A stretch of DNA of 64,000 bases from Candidatus Latescibacterota bacterium (GCA_965206595.1 OZ242214.1:3296001-3360000), one strand, 5' to 3'; counted from the stretch's first letter, positions 29,478 to 41,182 are shown. Made by a program: numbers and translations. The notes: generated by a model not told the origin, from the letters alone.

Positions 29478-30455
29478 ATGACATCCTCAAAGCACCTCAT
29501 AGCACTGCTTCGGTCCCATATTGATGGCGACAATGAGCAGTTCCTGTCCGTGGCTATGCAAGTCGCGGCGCACGAGGCGCGTCAAGGCCATGGTAACCTA
29601 GCAAAGCAACTCAGGGACCTCGTCGACGAAGCCCGTTCACAAAAGGCTAATCGGGTGATCAGACCGGTGCCCCTTGCTCAGCCCAAGGGTGATCTGGCTA
29701 CGCTGATATCAGCCAGTTACTCCGATATTCGTCTTGCCAGTATGGTGCTGCCAGGGCCACTTAAGGGGCGACTCAAACGCATTGTCACGGAGCAACGTCT
29801 GAATCACCGATTAATCGAGCATGGTCTTCGTCCGAGGAGAAAGATCCTCCTCATCGGTCCACCTGGCTCCGGAAAAACGATGACAGCTAGCGCTCTGGCA
29901 GGTGAACTTACTCTGCCTCTTTTCACAGTGGTCTTCGACTCTTTGATAACGAGGTTCATGGGTGAAACAGCTTCCAAGCTGCGGCTGGTATTTGATGCCA
30001 TGCTTCAGACGCGGGGGGTTTACTTGTTCGACGAGTTTGACGCAATTGGGGCCCGTCGAGCGGAACGTAATGACGTCGGGGAAATTCGACGTGTGCTGAA
30101 CTCATTCCTTCAATTCTTGGAGAAAGAGGAAAGCGAAAGCTTGATCATTGCTGCAACAAATCACCCTAAGCTTCTCGATCCTGCCCTCTTCCGTCGCTTT
30201 GATGATGTAATCCATTTCGATTTGCCCGCTCCTTCCATTGCCGAAGGGATCTTAAAGGCACGTCTTTCTGCATTTGATACTACAGGTATGCCCTGGAAGG
30301 ATGTGGTACAGGCCACTTCCGGTCTGAGCCAAGCGGAAGTTTCAAGGGCCGCGGACGACGCGGCGAAGCGAGCGATCCTCGATGACCGTACTAGCGTTTT
30401 TCTTGACGACCTATTGAGTGCGGTAACGGAATGCAAGGGCTCGGCTGGAAGTTAG
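29478..30455 (+). CDS. ietA: AAA+ ATPase, IetA-like
   Basis: GPPGSGKT, LFDEFDAIG, AATNHP, ALFRRFD; directly upstream of an S8 peptidase. Confidence 0.8.
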   Translation: MTSSKHLIALLRSHIDGDNEQFLSVAMQVAAHEARQGHGNLAKQLRDLVDEARSQKANRVIRPVPLAQPKGDLATLISASYSDIRLASMVLPGPLKGRLKRIVTEQRLNHRLIEHGLRPRRKILLIGPPGSGKTMTASALAGELTLPLFTVVFDSLITRFMGETASKLRLVFDAMLQTRGVYLFDEFDAIGARRAERNDVGEIRRVLNSFLQFLEKEESESLIIAATNHPKLLDPALFRRFDDVIHFDLPAPSIAEGILKARLSAFDTTGMPWKDVVQATSGLSQAEVSRAADDAAKRAILDDRTSVFLDDLLSAVTECKGSAGS

Positions 30456-30467
30456 AAGGCACGACAG

Positions 30468-32936
30468 ATGCCCCAAGAAGAACAACGCCACCTACCACAC
30501 ATATACTTGCCCGGCCACGGTAACAGGGAGGATTTCAGGTCACCACGTAGCGGTGGAGGATCCGGAGCAATCCCTGAACGAAACCGCCAACAGCACGCCC
30601 AGCGGTTGGAAGAAATGCTCACCGCAGCGGTCGCAGCTGCTGAAGATCGGATTATCAATCGTGATCCCACAATCAGGGGTGGTACACCTGGCTTCTATCT
30701 TGAGTTTGAACTTCCCCAGACCCAACAGGCCGTGTTGGACAAGCTAGAGAACAAGCAAGGGAAACAGCACATTGAGCTTGTGGCTGCTCGGCCATCGACC
30801 GAGGGATCGGACCTCCTTAAGGCAGCTGTATTCGTCCCGGAGTCCCGACGCGAGCATTATCTCCGCAAGGTTCGAGCGTACGCCAATGAAGACAGTGTCC
30901 GGTACAAAAAGGATGAGGAAGGAAACTATCTGCTAGACGAAAAGGGAAATCGTCTCGAAAAATCCCGTCGTCCCAAGAACCAATTTCCCAAGGTGGGCAA
31001 AGAGGTTTGGTGGGAAGTGTGGCTACGGCCCGAACGTCGTACAATTCTTGACCATGCCGCAGATCAACTCCAAGTAACCGTTAGAGAGCATACAGTCTCC
31101 TTCGTTGAACGTGAAGTAGTTCTTGCGCGAGCCTCGCCAGAGACTATTGGCCGCATTGTCGCGAACACCGATGCAATAGCGGAGCTACGTCTCGCGCGTG
31201 ACACCCCGTCCTTCTTTATTGAGATGGAGGGAGCGCACCAGATAGCGTGGGCGCAAGAATTAGCTGAACGTATTGTACCGCCGAAAGGAAATGCTCCGGC
31301 GGTGTGCCTTCTTGATAGTGGCAGCACTCGTCGTCACCCATTGATTATTCCCGCTCTAACGGAAAGGGATCTGCAGGCTTGGCACGTCGATTTGCACGGG
31401 GAGGACGTCAGCGCTCAATGGAATGGACACGGCACACAAATGAGTGGGGTGGTACTCTATGGCGATCTAGTTGACCCTAATAGGAAACGGCACTGTTGAG
31501 CTCAGTCACAGGCTTGAGTCCATTAAAATTCTGCCCGATTTCGGTGCAAACGACCCCTCTCTTTATGGCTACATCACAGCTGCCGCTATGGGACGAGCAG
31601 AGGTTCAGGCGCCTCAGAGACCCCGTGCCTACTGCTTAGCTGTGACTAGTGAAGATGATCATTGGCGTGGTCGCCCCTCTTCGTGGTCCGCAAAGCTTGA
31701 TGATCTCGCTTATGGAGATGGCACGGATCAGCGCCTAATTATTGTCTCTGCGGGCAATATCAAGATGTTCTATCCCGCTACTGAATATCTCCAGCAGAAT
31801 GATACCGCTGCTATCGAGAACCCCGCACAGACCTGGAATGCACTTACCGTCGGAGCAATTACCGAAAAGTGCACCATTACCCACCCCGACTTCACCGGAT
31901 GGCAGGTGATGGCTCCTGCGGGAGACCTTTCTCCTTCAAGCCGGACATCGGTTAGTTGGGAAAATGATTGGCCAATCAAACCAGACGTGGTATTTGAAGG
32001 AGGTAATCACGGCGTTGATCCCGCGACGGGCGACGGGGACCATCTTGATGATCTGGCTCTTCTCACGACATTCAACCGGCCTGAGGAGCGGGCGTTCACT
32101 GTAACCGGTGATACAAGCGCTGCGACTGGTCAGGTTGCTCGCATGGCAGTTCAGCTTCTTTCTAATCGCCCTGCAATGTGGCCCGAGACTGTCCGTGCAC
32201 TTATCGTTCATTCTGCTGAATGGACTCCCGCAATGCGCGCTCATTTACCCCCCAACCCAAACCAAACAGATCTGCGTCTTGTCTTGCGTCGCTACGGCTA
32301 TGGCATTCCAAGCCTCGAAAAGGCGCTGCACAGCATCAATAGTGATGTGACGCTTGTCATTGAATCTGGTTTGCAGCCCTATGTCCTTGAAGGATCCGGA
32401 ACCAGAAGCTGCGAAATGATTCTTCACGATTTGCCTTGGCCTGCCCACGCACTTAAGGCCTTTGGCGAAACGCAGGTTGAGATGCGGGTGACGCTAAGCT
32501 ATTTCGTTGAACCCAATCCCGGCGAGCGAGGCTGGACGAAGCGGCATCGGTATGGTGGACATGGTCTGCGTTTCTGGGTAAAGCGTCCTGAGGAGAGTCT
32601 GGAACGCTTTCGCCTAAGGGTAAATGCCGCGGCGCGTGATGAAACGAACCTGTAACTAAAGGCGGTAATGACGATGGTTGGGTACTTGGGCCGCGACTTC
32701 GAAATCGAGGATCTATTCATTCTGACATTTGGCGGGGGACGGCTACCGACCTCGCAAGTCGGCACGCAATCGCCGTTTTTCCGGTAGGAGGCTGGTGGCG
32801 TGAGAAGCCAGGACTCGAACGTGTCAACCGTCGGGTCCGATATGCATTGGTTATGAGCCTTCAAGCAAACGTAGAGATTGATCTCTATACCGAGATTTCC
32901 AACGCCATTGGAGTCGAGATCCCTGTGGAAGCGTAA
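30468..32936 (+). pseudogene. ietS: S8 subtilisin-like serine protease, IetS-like, two frameshifts
   Basis: LLDSG, GHGTQMSG, VSAGN, KPDVVFEGGN, DTSAA; third piece GSIHSDIWRG..GGWW..RYALVMSL ends at TAA 32936; shifts near 31485 and 32645. Confidence 0.8.
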
Positions 32937-33466
32937 ACGGCTCAGGCTGTTTCTTCGGTCAACTAAGCCCTCTGTTCTCGGGACTCACTGGGAGGAAAAT
33001 CCTCATCCTTTCTCTATTTCGTAACGCCCACAGGATGGGATGGGAGTTGTGGCCTTGGCACATAACCATGATCTCCAAATTGCCCATACTGCCTAAATAC
33101 CCGGGACTTCATCACAAGCAACAGGATTGGTTTGGTTTCGGAACCTGCTGAAAACTCTTCCAAGATCTGATGACCCCCCCCCTCTTCTCACAGCCGCCCC
33201 CGCAGCACCGAAGCAGAACGGGGGGAGGGGCCTTGAAAGCGGAGTTTGGGGTATCCATTTAACCGGACCTCCTGAACATTGGTTTGGGCGAAAAGGTTCT
33301 GCCGGTGCCGTTATTTTTCTGATGATCCATCTTTTCCCGTCGACACAACTTTTTATTTCGTTGAACCGAATGGCATATATCCCCCGCTTTCTCTACTAGA
33401 TGCTGCGAAATCAAAATCTTTTCCTCCCTTGGGCGGGGCGACATTCCCGGCTTAGCCCGGAAGGAT

Positions 33467-33685
33467 GTGTATTCTCTGTCGTCCCCCCCCTTCCCACAAA
33501 GGAAAAGCCAGATTGAAATTGCCTTTTTTTGGACAGAATTGACTCAGTCGTTCAGCATCGCCTCAAAGGAGATTCAACTGGTCACCGAGTATTGTGACGC
33601 AATGACCGCTGAAGTCATCTCGGGAAGACTTGAAATTTCCGAAGCACCCCGAGAGTTTGGCTTGGTGTTTCAGAAGTCCGGTTGA
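33467..33685 (+). pseudogene. Possible C-terminal remnant of a type I R-M specificity subunit (HsdS)
   Basis: QIEIAFF...KEIQLVTEYCDAMTAEVISGRLEI resembles the HsdS C-terminal helix (xIxLLxEYRxALIxxxVTGKI). Confidence 0.45.
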
Positions 33686-33707
33686 ATGGATGCCTCCAAA
33701 TTCCCTT

Positions 33708-34280
33708 TCAAAAGCCAACTTTGAGCCGTCCCCAGGACCGCCCCGCAACCGCCGTTGAAGCTGATCCCGGATAAAAGCCGGAGCCGAGGATGAACTCCTC
33801 ACCGAGGGCGGTATATGGGACGGCGTAGCCCACCTTATGCGAGCCGGTCTCTTCGTCCCCTGCTACTGCTGGATCGTCCCAGAGATACTCGACGTAACCG
33901 CCTCCCTGAGCCGCCGCGGCGAGGATCTCCTGTATAATTTTGACTCCATTGGAGTCTTCGAGATCGTACAGGTTCCGACCCTCGAGGTCCGGATCGGCCG
34001 CGTGAAAGACTACGACACCATCCGTGGTTGCGACATAGAGGTAGACGGAGCCCTGCTTCCAATCCCCGCCGGCCCTGAAGCTCTCCAAGGCGTCCCGGTA
34101 CCCGGAAAGGGTCTCGAAGCTATCCAGGTACTCCCTCGCCTCCAGCACGAAGGCTTTCAGGGATTCCCGGTCTACCACGTCACTGGCCGTTACCTTCGCG
34201 TCGTTCTGGGCAACGGCGGGGTTCACTGCGAAGAAGAGGCTGGCCAGCCCCAGAATGATTGCTGCTGTCAGGCGCTTCAT
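33708..34280 (-). CDS. Secreted stand-alone Cache-domain protein with a C-terminal WGxxK tail
   Basis: Signal peptide MKRLTAAIILGLASLFFAVNPAVA; YLYV..FHA.DP.LEG.N..D..D.NG..GGGYVEYLWDDP; ends STAVAGRSWGRLKVGF. Confidence 0.8.
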   Translation of the reverse strand: MKRLTAAIILGLASLFFAVNPAVAQNDAKVTASDVVDRESLKAFVLEAREYLDSFETLSGYRDALESFRAGGDWKQGSVYLYVATTDGVVVFHAADPDLEGRNLYDLEDSNGVKIIQEILAAAAQGGGYVEYLWDDPAVAGDEETGSHKVGYAVPYTALGEEFILGSGFYPGSASTAVAGRSWGRLKVGF

Positions 34281-34486
34281 GATGGTCTCCTCGGCCGCAA
34301 TGCCCCGGCCTTTGCTTGGAATTCCTCGATGGCGGCACTCCTTTTCCGGCCCTCAAGGTACTTACGGCCCCGGGCGAGCACCTCTATATTGAACAAAGAG
34401 TAAGGCTGCCCCCATGTTCAGGAGTTCCGGTTAAATGGATACCCCCGAGCGGAGTTTAGCATCCGTCCTGTCCAAGCGTGCAGCAC

Positions 34487-34800
34487 TTACGTTGTGACGG
34501 GGAACAACCGTTCTGGAAAGTCAACCCAAAATTCCCGCATTGCACCCGCGATTTTTTCGAATTCTTCGTCTGTGACCGCAAGATCTTCATGGTCAGGAGT
34601 TGTTAATTCCCTCGCTAGGGGAATAATGTCGTATTCTCCTTCCTTAAGATATTCCGGATACGTTTCGGCTAATTCGTGCAACGACCTCCCCTTGCCGTGC
34701 TTGTATACGTTCACGATCAGACGGCATGCATTGACAAGGGGGAACCATTGAGCTTGGCGGACGGACCAACTCGGTCGTATGTACGGGTTAATTCCCTTTC
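34487..34800 (-). pseudogene. 3' remnant of a hypothetical protein cut by IS5
   Basis: Open frame (..VNVYKHGKGRS..FWVDFPERLF) whose 5' part abuts the IS5 end. Confidence 0.4.
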
Positions 34801-34803
34801 CAT

Positions 34804-35657
34804 GAACCTATCTCAAAATTGAAATTGTTTAAGTAAAATCAAAATGGATGCAAGTTGGACGAAGCCAAGAAAATTCTCCGGATACAATTCCCAGCGAGTG
34901 ATCACTCGACGCTGCCATTGAAGCCAAGCAAAGAATCTCTCAACCATCCAACGCCGCACATAACGCCGCAATCGCCGTCCGTCCTGAGTCTTTTTCTTGG
35001 TCCGATTCTGGCGATGCGAGGCGATCATCTCGATCCCGTCTTTCTTAAGCTCTTCATCCAACGAATCGCTGTCGTACGCCTTGTCGCCGATCAAGTTGTC
35101 AGGTTGGTCTTCGATGAGGTAAAAGTCAAAGGTCAACTGAACCAGCGTCACTTCATGATGGTTCGCTGCATGCGTGCTCACCGACAAGGGAAGCCCATTG
35201 CCGTCGACGATCCCCATGACCCGCACCCCCTTACCTCGCCTGGTGTGGCCGATATCGGCACCTCCACCCTTGGCCGCCGAGAACAGGCCGTCGATGAAAG
35301 CCTCCGATTCGTCCAGGCCCCCTTGCTCGTGAAGGGTCTGGGCCAGGTCCATGAGAACTTCGCGTACCACCCCTTGACGACACCCGTTTTGAAAACGGCG
35401 ATGCACGGTTTTGTAGTTCGGATAGCACTGCGGCAACATATGCCATTGAGCCCCGGTGTTTAGAATCCAAAGGACGGCTTCAAAAACATCACGGGTGTAA
35501 ACCGGTTTGCGACCCGGATGGCTCTTGGGACGAAGTTCTTCAGGAAAGTGATGCCGGATTCGTTGCCATTGCATGTCGGTCAGGTTGACCATACACCAAT
35601 GGTACATCACTGTCATTTCGAAAACAAGTTTAAGTTTGCCTGTTTTGAGATAGGTTC
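34804..35657 (-). mobile_element. IS5-family insertion sequence (854 bp)
   Basis: Perfect 15-bp inverted repeats GAACCTATCTCAAAA (34804-34818) and TTTTGAGATAGGTTC (35643-35657) enclose a transposase; no clear target duplication. Confidence 0.9.
34813..35592 (-). CDS. IS5-family DDE transposase
   Basis: LTDMQW, ILNTGAQW..LP..Y..TVHRRF, GDKAYDS, RWMVERFFAW. Confidence 0.9.
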   Translation of the reverse strand: MVNLTDMQWQRIRHHFPEELRPKSHPGRKPVYTRDVFEAVLWILNTGAQWHMLPQCYPNYKTVHRRFQNGCRQGVVREVLMDLAQTLHEQGGLDESEAFIDGLFSAAKGGGADIGHTRRGKGVRVMGIVDGNGLPLSVSTHAANHHEVTLVQLTFDFYLIEDQPDNLIGDKAYDSDSLDEELKKDGIEMIASHRQNRTKKKTQDGRRLRRYVRRWMVERFFAWLQWQRRVITRWELYPENFLGFVQLASILILLKQFQF

Positions 35658-36225
35658 CAGTGACCGGCTCCCGGCATCGCATCGTGGTCGAGACCAACCA
35701 CCGGGGCGTCGATCCGGACGCCCGCGACTAAAACGCCTGGTTCGCCTGCACCGGCGAGACCGCGACCCCGCGCCCGGTGACGCGGCGTGAGGACATCCTG
35801 TTGGAGGAGACGCTCTACGAGGAGCAGCAGCTGCCGGTCTGCGCGGCGGGCCCCTGCTCTACGACCTGGGACGGGACGCCGACTGGGCGTACTGGTTCGC
35901 CCACCAGGGCCAGTCCACGCCTGGCCGGAAGACCTGCGCATGGATCACCCGGGCGGTGGGATCGCTCTGCGCGCGCTTGTCCGGGCCGTGGGCATCCGCA
36001 TAGCCGACCGTCGCCCGCAGCCGCTTATCCTGCCTGCTATGCGCTCGCCGAAGACCACTTCGAATTCTTTCTCCTGGCTGAGCAGCAGTCCCCCCGGATG
36101 GTCTCGCCCGCGGGCAATCGGTGATCGGCCGCCAGAAGGTTTCCGGAGGCTTGCTCGCGGGCAGCTTTCAGTCCACATCCCACCGCCGGCCGGCTCCCCG
36201 CTATATTTCGGTAACAGGAGAGGCC

Positions 36226-38796
36226 ATGACAGTCGAAACACGCGATCCGGTCTGCGGCATGACCGTGAATCCGGACAAGGCAGGGTTCACGCACGACTAC
36301 GAGGGCACGACCTACCTGTTCTGCTGCGGTGGGTGCCAGGCGGCTTTCCGCACCGATCCCGAGGCGTTCCTGCGCCCGCGCGACGAGACCGCAGGGAGTG
36401 GCGCCGCACATCAGGGTCACGCGCCCGAGAGTCATGACACTCCCTGCCACGGCCACGCGTCGCACGGCTCGGCAGCGGTGCCCGGCGGTCACACCGGGCA
36501 CATAGCCGGAGCTTCAGGGGCGTCCGCCGCCGCGTACGTCTGCCCGATGTGTCCCGACGTGCGCGAGACCGAGCCTGTGCCCTGCCCCAGCTGCGGCATG
36601 GCGCTGGAGCCGGAGTACACCGCGGCGCCGGCGGCAACGGTCGAGTACACCTGTCCGATGCACCCGGAGGTCGTGGGCGCCGAGCCGGGGGCGTGTCCGG
36701 AGTGCGGCATGGCGCTCGAGCCGCGCGCGGTGACGCCGGACGACGCGCCCAATCCCGAGCTGGCCGACATGGTGCGCCGTTTCCGCATCGCGGCGACGAT
36801 CGGGCTGCCGGTGTTCGCCCTGGCGATGGCGGAGATGGTCGCCGGGGCGTCGGCGCTGCCGTTGAGCCGGGCGGTCTCGAACTGGATCCAGCTCGCCTTC
36901 GCCGCGCCGGTCGTGCTCTGGGCGGGACGGCCGTTCTTCGAGCGCGGGTGGGCGTCGATCGTGAACCGCAGCCCGAACATGTTCACGCTGATCGCGCTCG
37001 GCGTCGGCGCGGCGTTCCTCTACAGCGCAGCGGCCACCGTGGTCCCGGGCAGCTTTCCCGCCGGATTCCGGATGGAGGGCGGCGTCGAGCCCTACTTCGA
37101 CACCGCGGTGGTCATCATCGTGCTCGTGCTGCTCGGGCAGGTGCTGGAGCTGCGCGCGCGCCAGCGGACCGGCGCGGCCCTGCGGGGGCTGCTCGGTCTC
37201 GCCCCTCCGGTCGCCCACCGGATCGGCGGCGGCGACGCGACAGGTGACGATGCCGCGGCGCTGGCCGCGGCCGCTCACGAGGATGTGCCGCTCGCCGAGG
37301 TGCGGGCCGGGGACCGGTTGCGGGTTCTGCCCGGAGAGCGCCTGCCGGTGGACGGAATCGTGGTCGACGGGCGCAGCGCGGTCGACGAGTCGATGGTCAG
37401 CGGCGAGCCGATCCCGGTCGAGAAGGGGCCGGGCGACGCGGTGATCGGCGCCACGCTGAACGGCACGGGGAGCCTGACGATGCGCGCCGAGCGGGTCGGC
37501 GCGGAGACGCTGCTGGCGCAGATCGTCCGGATGGTGAGCGACGCCCAACGCAGCCGCGCGCCGATTCAGCGGGTGGCGGACCGCCTGGCTCGCTATCTGG
37601 TGCCGGCAGTCGTCACCGTCGCCGCGGCGGCGTTCGCCGGGTGGGCGCTGTGGGGCCCGGAGCCGCGTCTGGCCCTCGGGCTGGTCAGCGCCGTTGCCGT
37701 GCTGATCATCGCCTGTCCGTGTGCGCTCGGACTGGCGACGCCGATGGCGATCATGGTCGGCACCGGTCGCGGGGCGACGGCCGGGGTGCTGATTCGGGAT
37801 GCGGCGGCGCTGGAGACGCTGGAGCGGGTCGATACGCTGATCGTCGACAAGACCGGTACCCTCACCGAGGGCAGGCCGCGCGTGCGCACAGTGGCGACCG
37901 CGCCGGGAGCCGCACTGGACCAAGGAGAGCTCCTGCGCCTGGCGGCCGGGGTGGAGCGCGCCAGCGAGCACCCCCTCGCCGCGGCGATCATCGCCGAGGC
38001 CGACGCCCGCGGCTTGCCGCCCGTGGTCGCGGCCGACTTCACGTCGGAGACCGGGCGCGGAGTGGCGGGGCGGGTCGACGGCCGGCAGGTCGTCGTCGGC
38101 ACAGCGGCGTTTCTGGAAACGCAGGAGATCGACGCGCGCGATCTGACGACCCTTGCGGACAAGGCGCGCGGGCGCGGTGAAACGGTGGTGCTCGTGGCGG
38201 TGGACGGGGTTCCCGGCGGCGTCATCGGGGTCGTCGATCCAGTCAAGGCGTCGACCCCGGAGGCGATCGGACTGCTGCGGCGCGAGGGGCTGCGAATCGT
38301 GATGGCGACCGGCGACAGCCGCGCTACCGCCGAGGCGGTGGCCGCACAGGTCGGGATCGACCCGGAGGACGTCGTGGCCGAGGTGCTTCCGGCCGACAAG
38401 CGCCGCCTCGTGGCGGACGAGCAGGCGCGCGGGAGGACCGTGGCGATGGCGGGCGACGGCATCAACGACGCGCCGGCCCTGGCCGAGGCCGCCGTCGGCA
38501 TCGCCATGGGGAGCGGCACGGACGTCGCGATGGAGAGCGCGGGGATCACTCTGGTCCGGGGCGATCTGCGGGCAATTGCGCGGGCGCGGCGGCTGAGCCG
38601 GTCGACGATGCGCAACATTCGCCAGAACCTGGCCCTGGCGTTCGTCTACAACGCCGTCGGGGTCCCGGTGGCCGCGGGTCTGCTCTACCCCGTGATCGGC
38701 CTGCTCATCAGCCCGATCTGGGCGAGCGCCGCCATGACCCTGAGCTCGCTGTCGGTGGTCTGGAACGCCCTGCGCCTGCGGCGGATCGAGTTGTAG
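36226..38796 (+). CDS. copA: P1B-type heavy-metal ATPase (CopA-like, Cu+/Ag+) with YHS and two heavy-metal-binding domains
   Basis: DPVCGM, two YxCPMxP..CPxCGMALEP repeats, [28 protein letters not shown]. Confidence 0.92.
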   Translation: MTVETRDPVCGMTVNPDKAGFTHDYEGTTYLFCCGGCQAAFRTDPEAFLRPRDETAGSGAAHQGHAPESHDTPCHGHASHGSAAVPGGHTGHIAGASGASAAAYVCPMCPDVRETEPVPCPSCGMALEPEYTAAPAATVEYTCPMHPEVVGAEPGACPECGMALEPRAVTPDDAPNPELADMVRRFRIAATIGLPVFALAMAEMVAGASALPLSRAVSNWIQLAFAAPVVLWAGRPFFERGWASIVNRSPNMFTLIALGVGAAFLYSAAATVVPGSFPAGFRMEGGVEPYFDTAVVIIVLVLLGQVLELRARQRTGAALRGLLGLAPPVAHRIGGGDATGDDAAALAAAAHEDVPLAEVRAGDRLRVLPGERLPVDGIVVDGRSAVDESMVSGEPIPVEKGPGDAVIGATLNGTGSLTMRAERVGAETLLAQIVRMVSDAQRSRAPIQRVADRLARYLVPAVVTVAAAAFAGWALWGPEPRLALGLVSAVAVLIIACPCALGLATPMAIMVGTGRGATAGVLIRDAAALETLERVDTLIVDKTGTLTEGRPRVRTVATAPGAALDQGELLRLAAGVERASEHPLAAAIIAEADARGLPPVVAADFTSETGRGVAGRVDGRQVVVGTAAFLETQEIDARDLTTLADKARGRGETVVLVAVDGVPGGVIGVVDPVKASTPEAIGLLRREGLRIVMATGDSRATAEAVAAQVGIDPEDVVAEVLPADKRRLVADEQARGRTVAMAGDGINDAPALAEAAVGIAMGSGTDVAMESAGITLVRGDLRAIARARRLSRSTMRNIRQNLALAFVYNAVGVPVAAGLLYPVIGLLISPIWASAAMTLSSLSVVWNALRLRRIEL

Positions 38797-38888
38797 GGCG
38801 GCCGGCTCCGTCTCAGCCTCGGCGCGCAGGGATGGCGTCGATTAGCTTGCCCTGAAGACACCGTGGGCGGACGGCACCTCACCAAAGG

Positions 38889-39452
38889 ATGAAAGCGATG
38901 GAACCGAAACACCTCTCGGCACTGGAGCTGAACGATCTCGTGCACATCCGCCAATCGCCTGCCGATGAGGGAAGGCTGCTGCTGATTTCGCGACGGCCGC
39001 AGATCGGTGAGCGCGAACTTCTGCGGGAAGGGAAGCTCGACGTCGACGAGGGATTGGTGGGGGACAACTGGCGGACCCGGGGCGAGCTGGCGACACCTCC
39101 GCGCGACGCCAACCCGGATGCGCAGGTGACGGTCATGAACGCTCGCGTCGCCGATCTGGTCGCCGGCAGCCGGGAGCGCTGGCCGCTGGCGGGCGATCAG
39201 CTGTTCATCGACCTCGACCTCAGTCTCGACAACCTGCCGGCCGGGACGCGGCTCGCCATCGGCTCGGCGGTTCTGGAGGTCACGCCCGTTCCGCACACCG
39301 GCTGCAAGAAGTTCGTCGAGCGTTTCGGCCTGGATGCGATGCTCTTCGTCAACTCCGACGAAGGCAGGCAGATGTGCCTGCGCGGCATCAACACGCGGGT
39401 CGTCGAGAGCGGAGCGATCCGTGTCGGAGACCGGGTCACCAGGCAGCGATGA
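38889..39452 (+). CDS. MOSC domain protein
   Basis: GLVGDNW, AGDQLFIDLDLS, PHTGCKKF, RGIN..V..G.I.VGD. Confidence 0.82.
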   Translation: MKAMEPKHLSALELNDLVHIRQSPADEGRLLLISRRPQIGERELLREGKLDVDEGLVGDNWRTRGELATPPRDANPDAQVTVMNARVADLVAGSRERWPLAGDQLFIDLDLSLDNLPAGTRLAIGSAVLEVTPVPHTGCKKFVERFGLDAMLFVNSDEGRQMCLRGINTRVVESGAIRVGDRVTRQR

Positions 39453-39544
39453 CCCACCACTCGTGCGGGCGGCCGTAGGGCGCGGCTCCCGCTGTTTGTT
39501 CAGGACGCTGTCATCATCGCCCGAACAGATGACGCGAGGTTACC

Positions 39545-41149
39545 ATGCGATCCCGACCCCGGCCCAACATTCTCTGGATTTCGTTTGAAGACACCGGTCC
39601 GTTCTACGGGTGCTACGGCGATCCGGTAGCGCGTACCCCGAACATGGACCGCTTCGCCGCCCAAGGGTGGCGGTGGACGAACTGTTTCTCCACGGCGGGG
39701 GTATGCGCACCGGCCCGTTCGGCGATCATCACCGGGATGTACCCCATCTCCATCGGCACCCACCACATGCGGACCACGCACGTCCATCCCGCCGCCCCCG
39801 AAATGCCCACGCCCTATTCCGCGGTGGTTCCCCACTACGTCAAGTGCTTCACCGAATACCTGCGCGCCGCCGGCTACTACTGCACCAACAACGAGAAGAC
39901 CGACTACCAGTTCGAGCCGCCGCTGACGGCCTGGGACGAGCTCGGACCGCACGCCCACTGGCGCAACCGCCCCGATCCGGACCAACCGTTCTTTGCGGTA
40001 TTCAACCTCGTGCGCAGCCACGAAAGCGGGGTCTGGCCGGAAAAGTGTCCTTCACCGGAATTCGATCCCGGCGACATCCACCCGCCTCCCTATCTTCCCG
40101 ACACGCCGGCCGTGCGGGAAGCCATGGCCCGCATGTACACGCACATCGCCCACAACGACCGGGAATTCGCATCGCTCCTGCGCCAACTGGAAGAGGACGG
40201 GCTCGCGGAAAACACCTGGGTATTCAACTGGAGCGACCACGGCCCCCTGCCCCGCGGCAAACGCTGGCCCTACGACGCCGGAATCCACGTCCCCCTGATC
40301 GTTCGGGGACCGGGCCTGGCACCGGGCCAGGTACGCGATGAGCTGGTAAGCACGGTAGATCTCGGGCCCACCGTGCTCTCCCTGGCCGGCGTCGGCATCC
40401 CCCGCCACGTCCAGGGCCGCGCGTTTCTGGGAGATCAAGCCGGCCTCCCGCGCGATTACGTCCATGCCAGCAGGGACCGCCACGACGAGTCCTACGACAT
40501 GGTCCGCGCGGTTCGCGACCGCCGCTTCAAGTACATCCGGAACTACCGGCCGGACCTTCCCTACCTTGGCTGGATCCCCTACCGCAACCGGCATCCCATC
40601 GTTCAGGAGCTGTGGCGGCTGCACCTGGAGGAAGCGCTGGACGAGGCGCAGTCGGCGCTGTTCCGGTATCCGAGACCCGTCGAAGAGCTGTACGACACGG
40701 CCGCCGACCCCCACGAGATCCACAACCTGGCGGCGGATCCCCGGTGGCGGGACGAACTGCAGCGCATGCGTTGCGCGCTAGATGGCTGGCTGGACGAAGT
40801 GGGCGACATGGGCCGCATACCGGAGAGCGAAATGGTCCGTAACTGGTACCCGGACGGCAGGCAGCCCGAAACCGCCCCCGTGGTATGCGTGCCGGTAAGC
40901 CCCGAAAGTCCGGGGATCGAACCGGCCCCGGAGGGGGGCACCTTCGCCGGCCCCATGCTGGTTCAGCTTCACTGTGCAACACAGGGCGCCTCCATCGCCT
41001 ATACCCGCGACACGGAGGACGGTCCGCGATGGCGGCTCTACACCGAACCGATCCGTCTGGCATCCGGCAACCACGAGGTGCGGGCGCGCGCCATCCGCAT
41101 CGGTTACCGGGAGAGCCGGGAGATCCGGGCGCGGTTTGTCGTGAGGTAG
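39545..41149 (+). CDS. Cys-type sulfatase with a C-terminal Fn3-associated/chitobiase-like domain
   Basis: PNILWI, CAPARSAIITG (CxPxR), WSDHG, EELYD..DPHE; C-terminal TQGASIAYT. Confidence 0.9.
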   Translation: MRSRPRPNILWISFEDTGPFYGCYGDPVARTPNMDRFAAQGWRWTNCFSTAGVCAPARSAIITGMYPISIGTHHMRTTHVHPAAPEMPTPYSAVVPHYVKCFTEYLRAAGYYCTNNEKTDYQFEPPLTAWDELGPHAHWRNRPDPDQPFFAVFNLVRSHESGVWPEKCPSPEFDPGDIHPPPYLPDTPAVREAMARMYTHIAHNDREFASLLRQLEEDGLAENTWVFNWSDHGPLPRGKRWPYDAGIHVPLIVRGPGLAPGQVRDELVSTVDLGPTVLSLAGVGIPRHVQGRAFLGDQAGLPRDYVHASRDRHDESYDMVRAVRDRRFKYIRNYRPDLPYLGWIPYRNRHPIVQELWRLHLEEALDEAQSALFRYPRPVEELYDTAADPHEIHNLAADPRWRDELQRMRCALDGWLDEVGDMGRIPESEMVRNWYPDGRQPETAPVVCVPVSPESPGIEPAPEGGTFAGPMLVQLHCATQGASIAYTRDTEDGPRWRLYTEPIRLASGNHEVRARAIRIGYRESREIRARFVVR

Positions 41150-41182
41150 TGCAGGGAAGAGCGGAGGGCCGACCACGTTCTG

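Larger units (their letters stand above)
33248..34445. mobile_element. Transposase-less element bounded by 35-bp terminal inverted repeats
   Basis: 33248-33282 GGGGTATCCATTTAACCGGACCTCCTGAACATTGG matches the reverse complement of 34411-34445 at 33/35; direct repeat AGCGGAGTTT at 33238-33247 and 34448-34457. Confidence 0.7.

Noticed and set aside
33248-33282. Assigning the GGGG-starting inverted repeat to the Tn3 family
   Set aside because: Only the terminal GGGG agrees, and the flanking repeat is 10-12 bp rather than the 5 bp typical of Tn3. Left unassigned.
35660-36120. Coding-like GC-rich stretch right of IS5
   Set aside because: It contains stops and no recognisable motif. Probably a gene remnant, but not callable.
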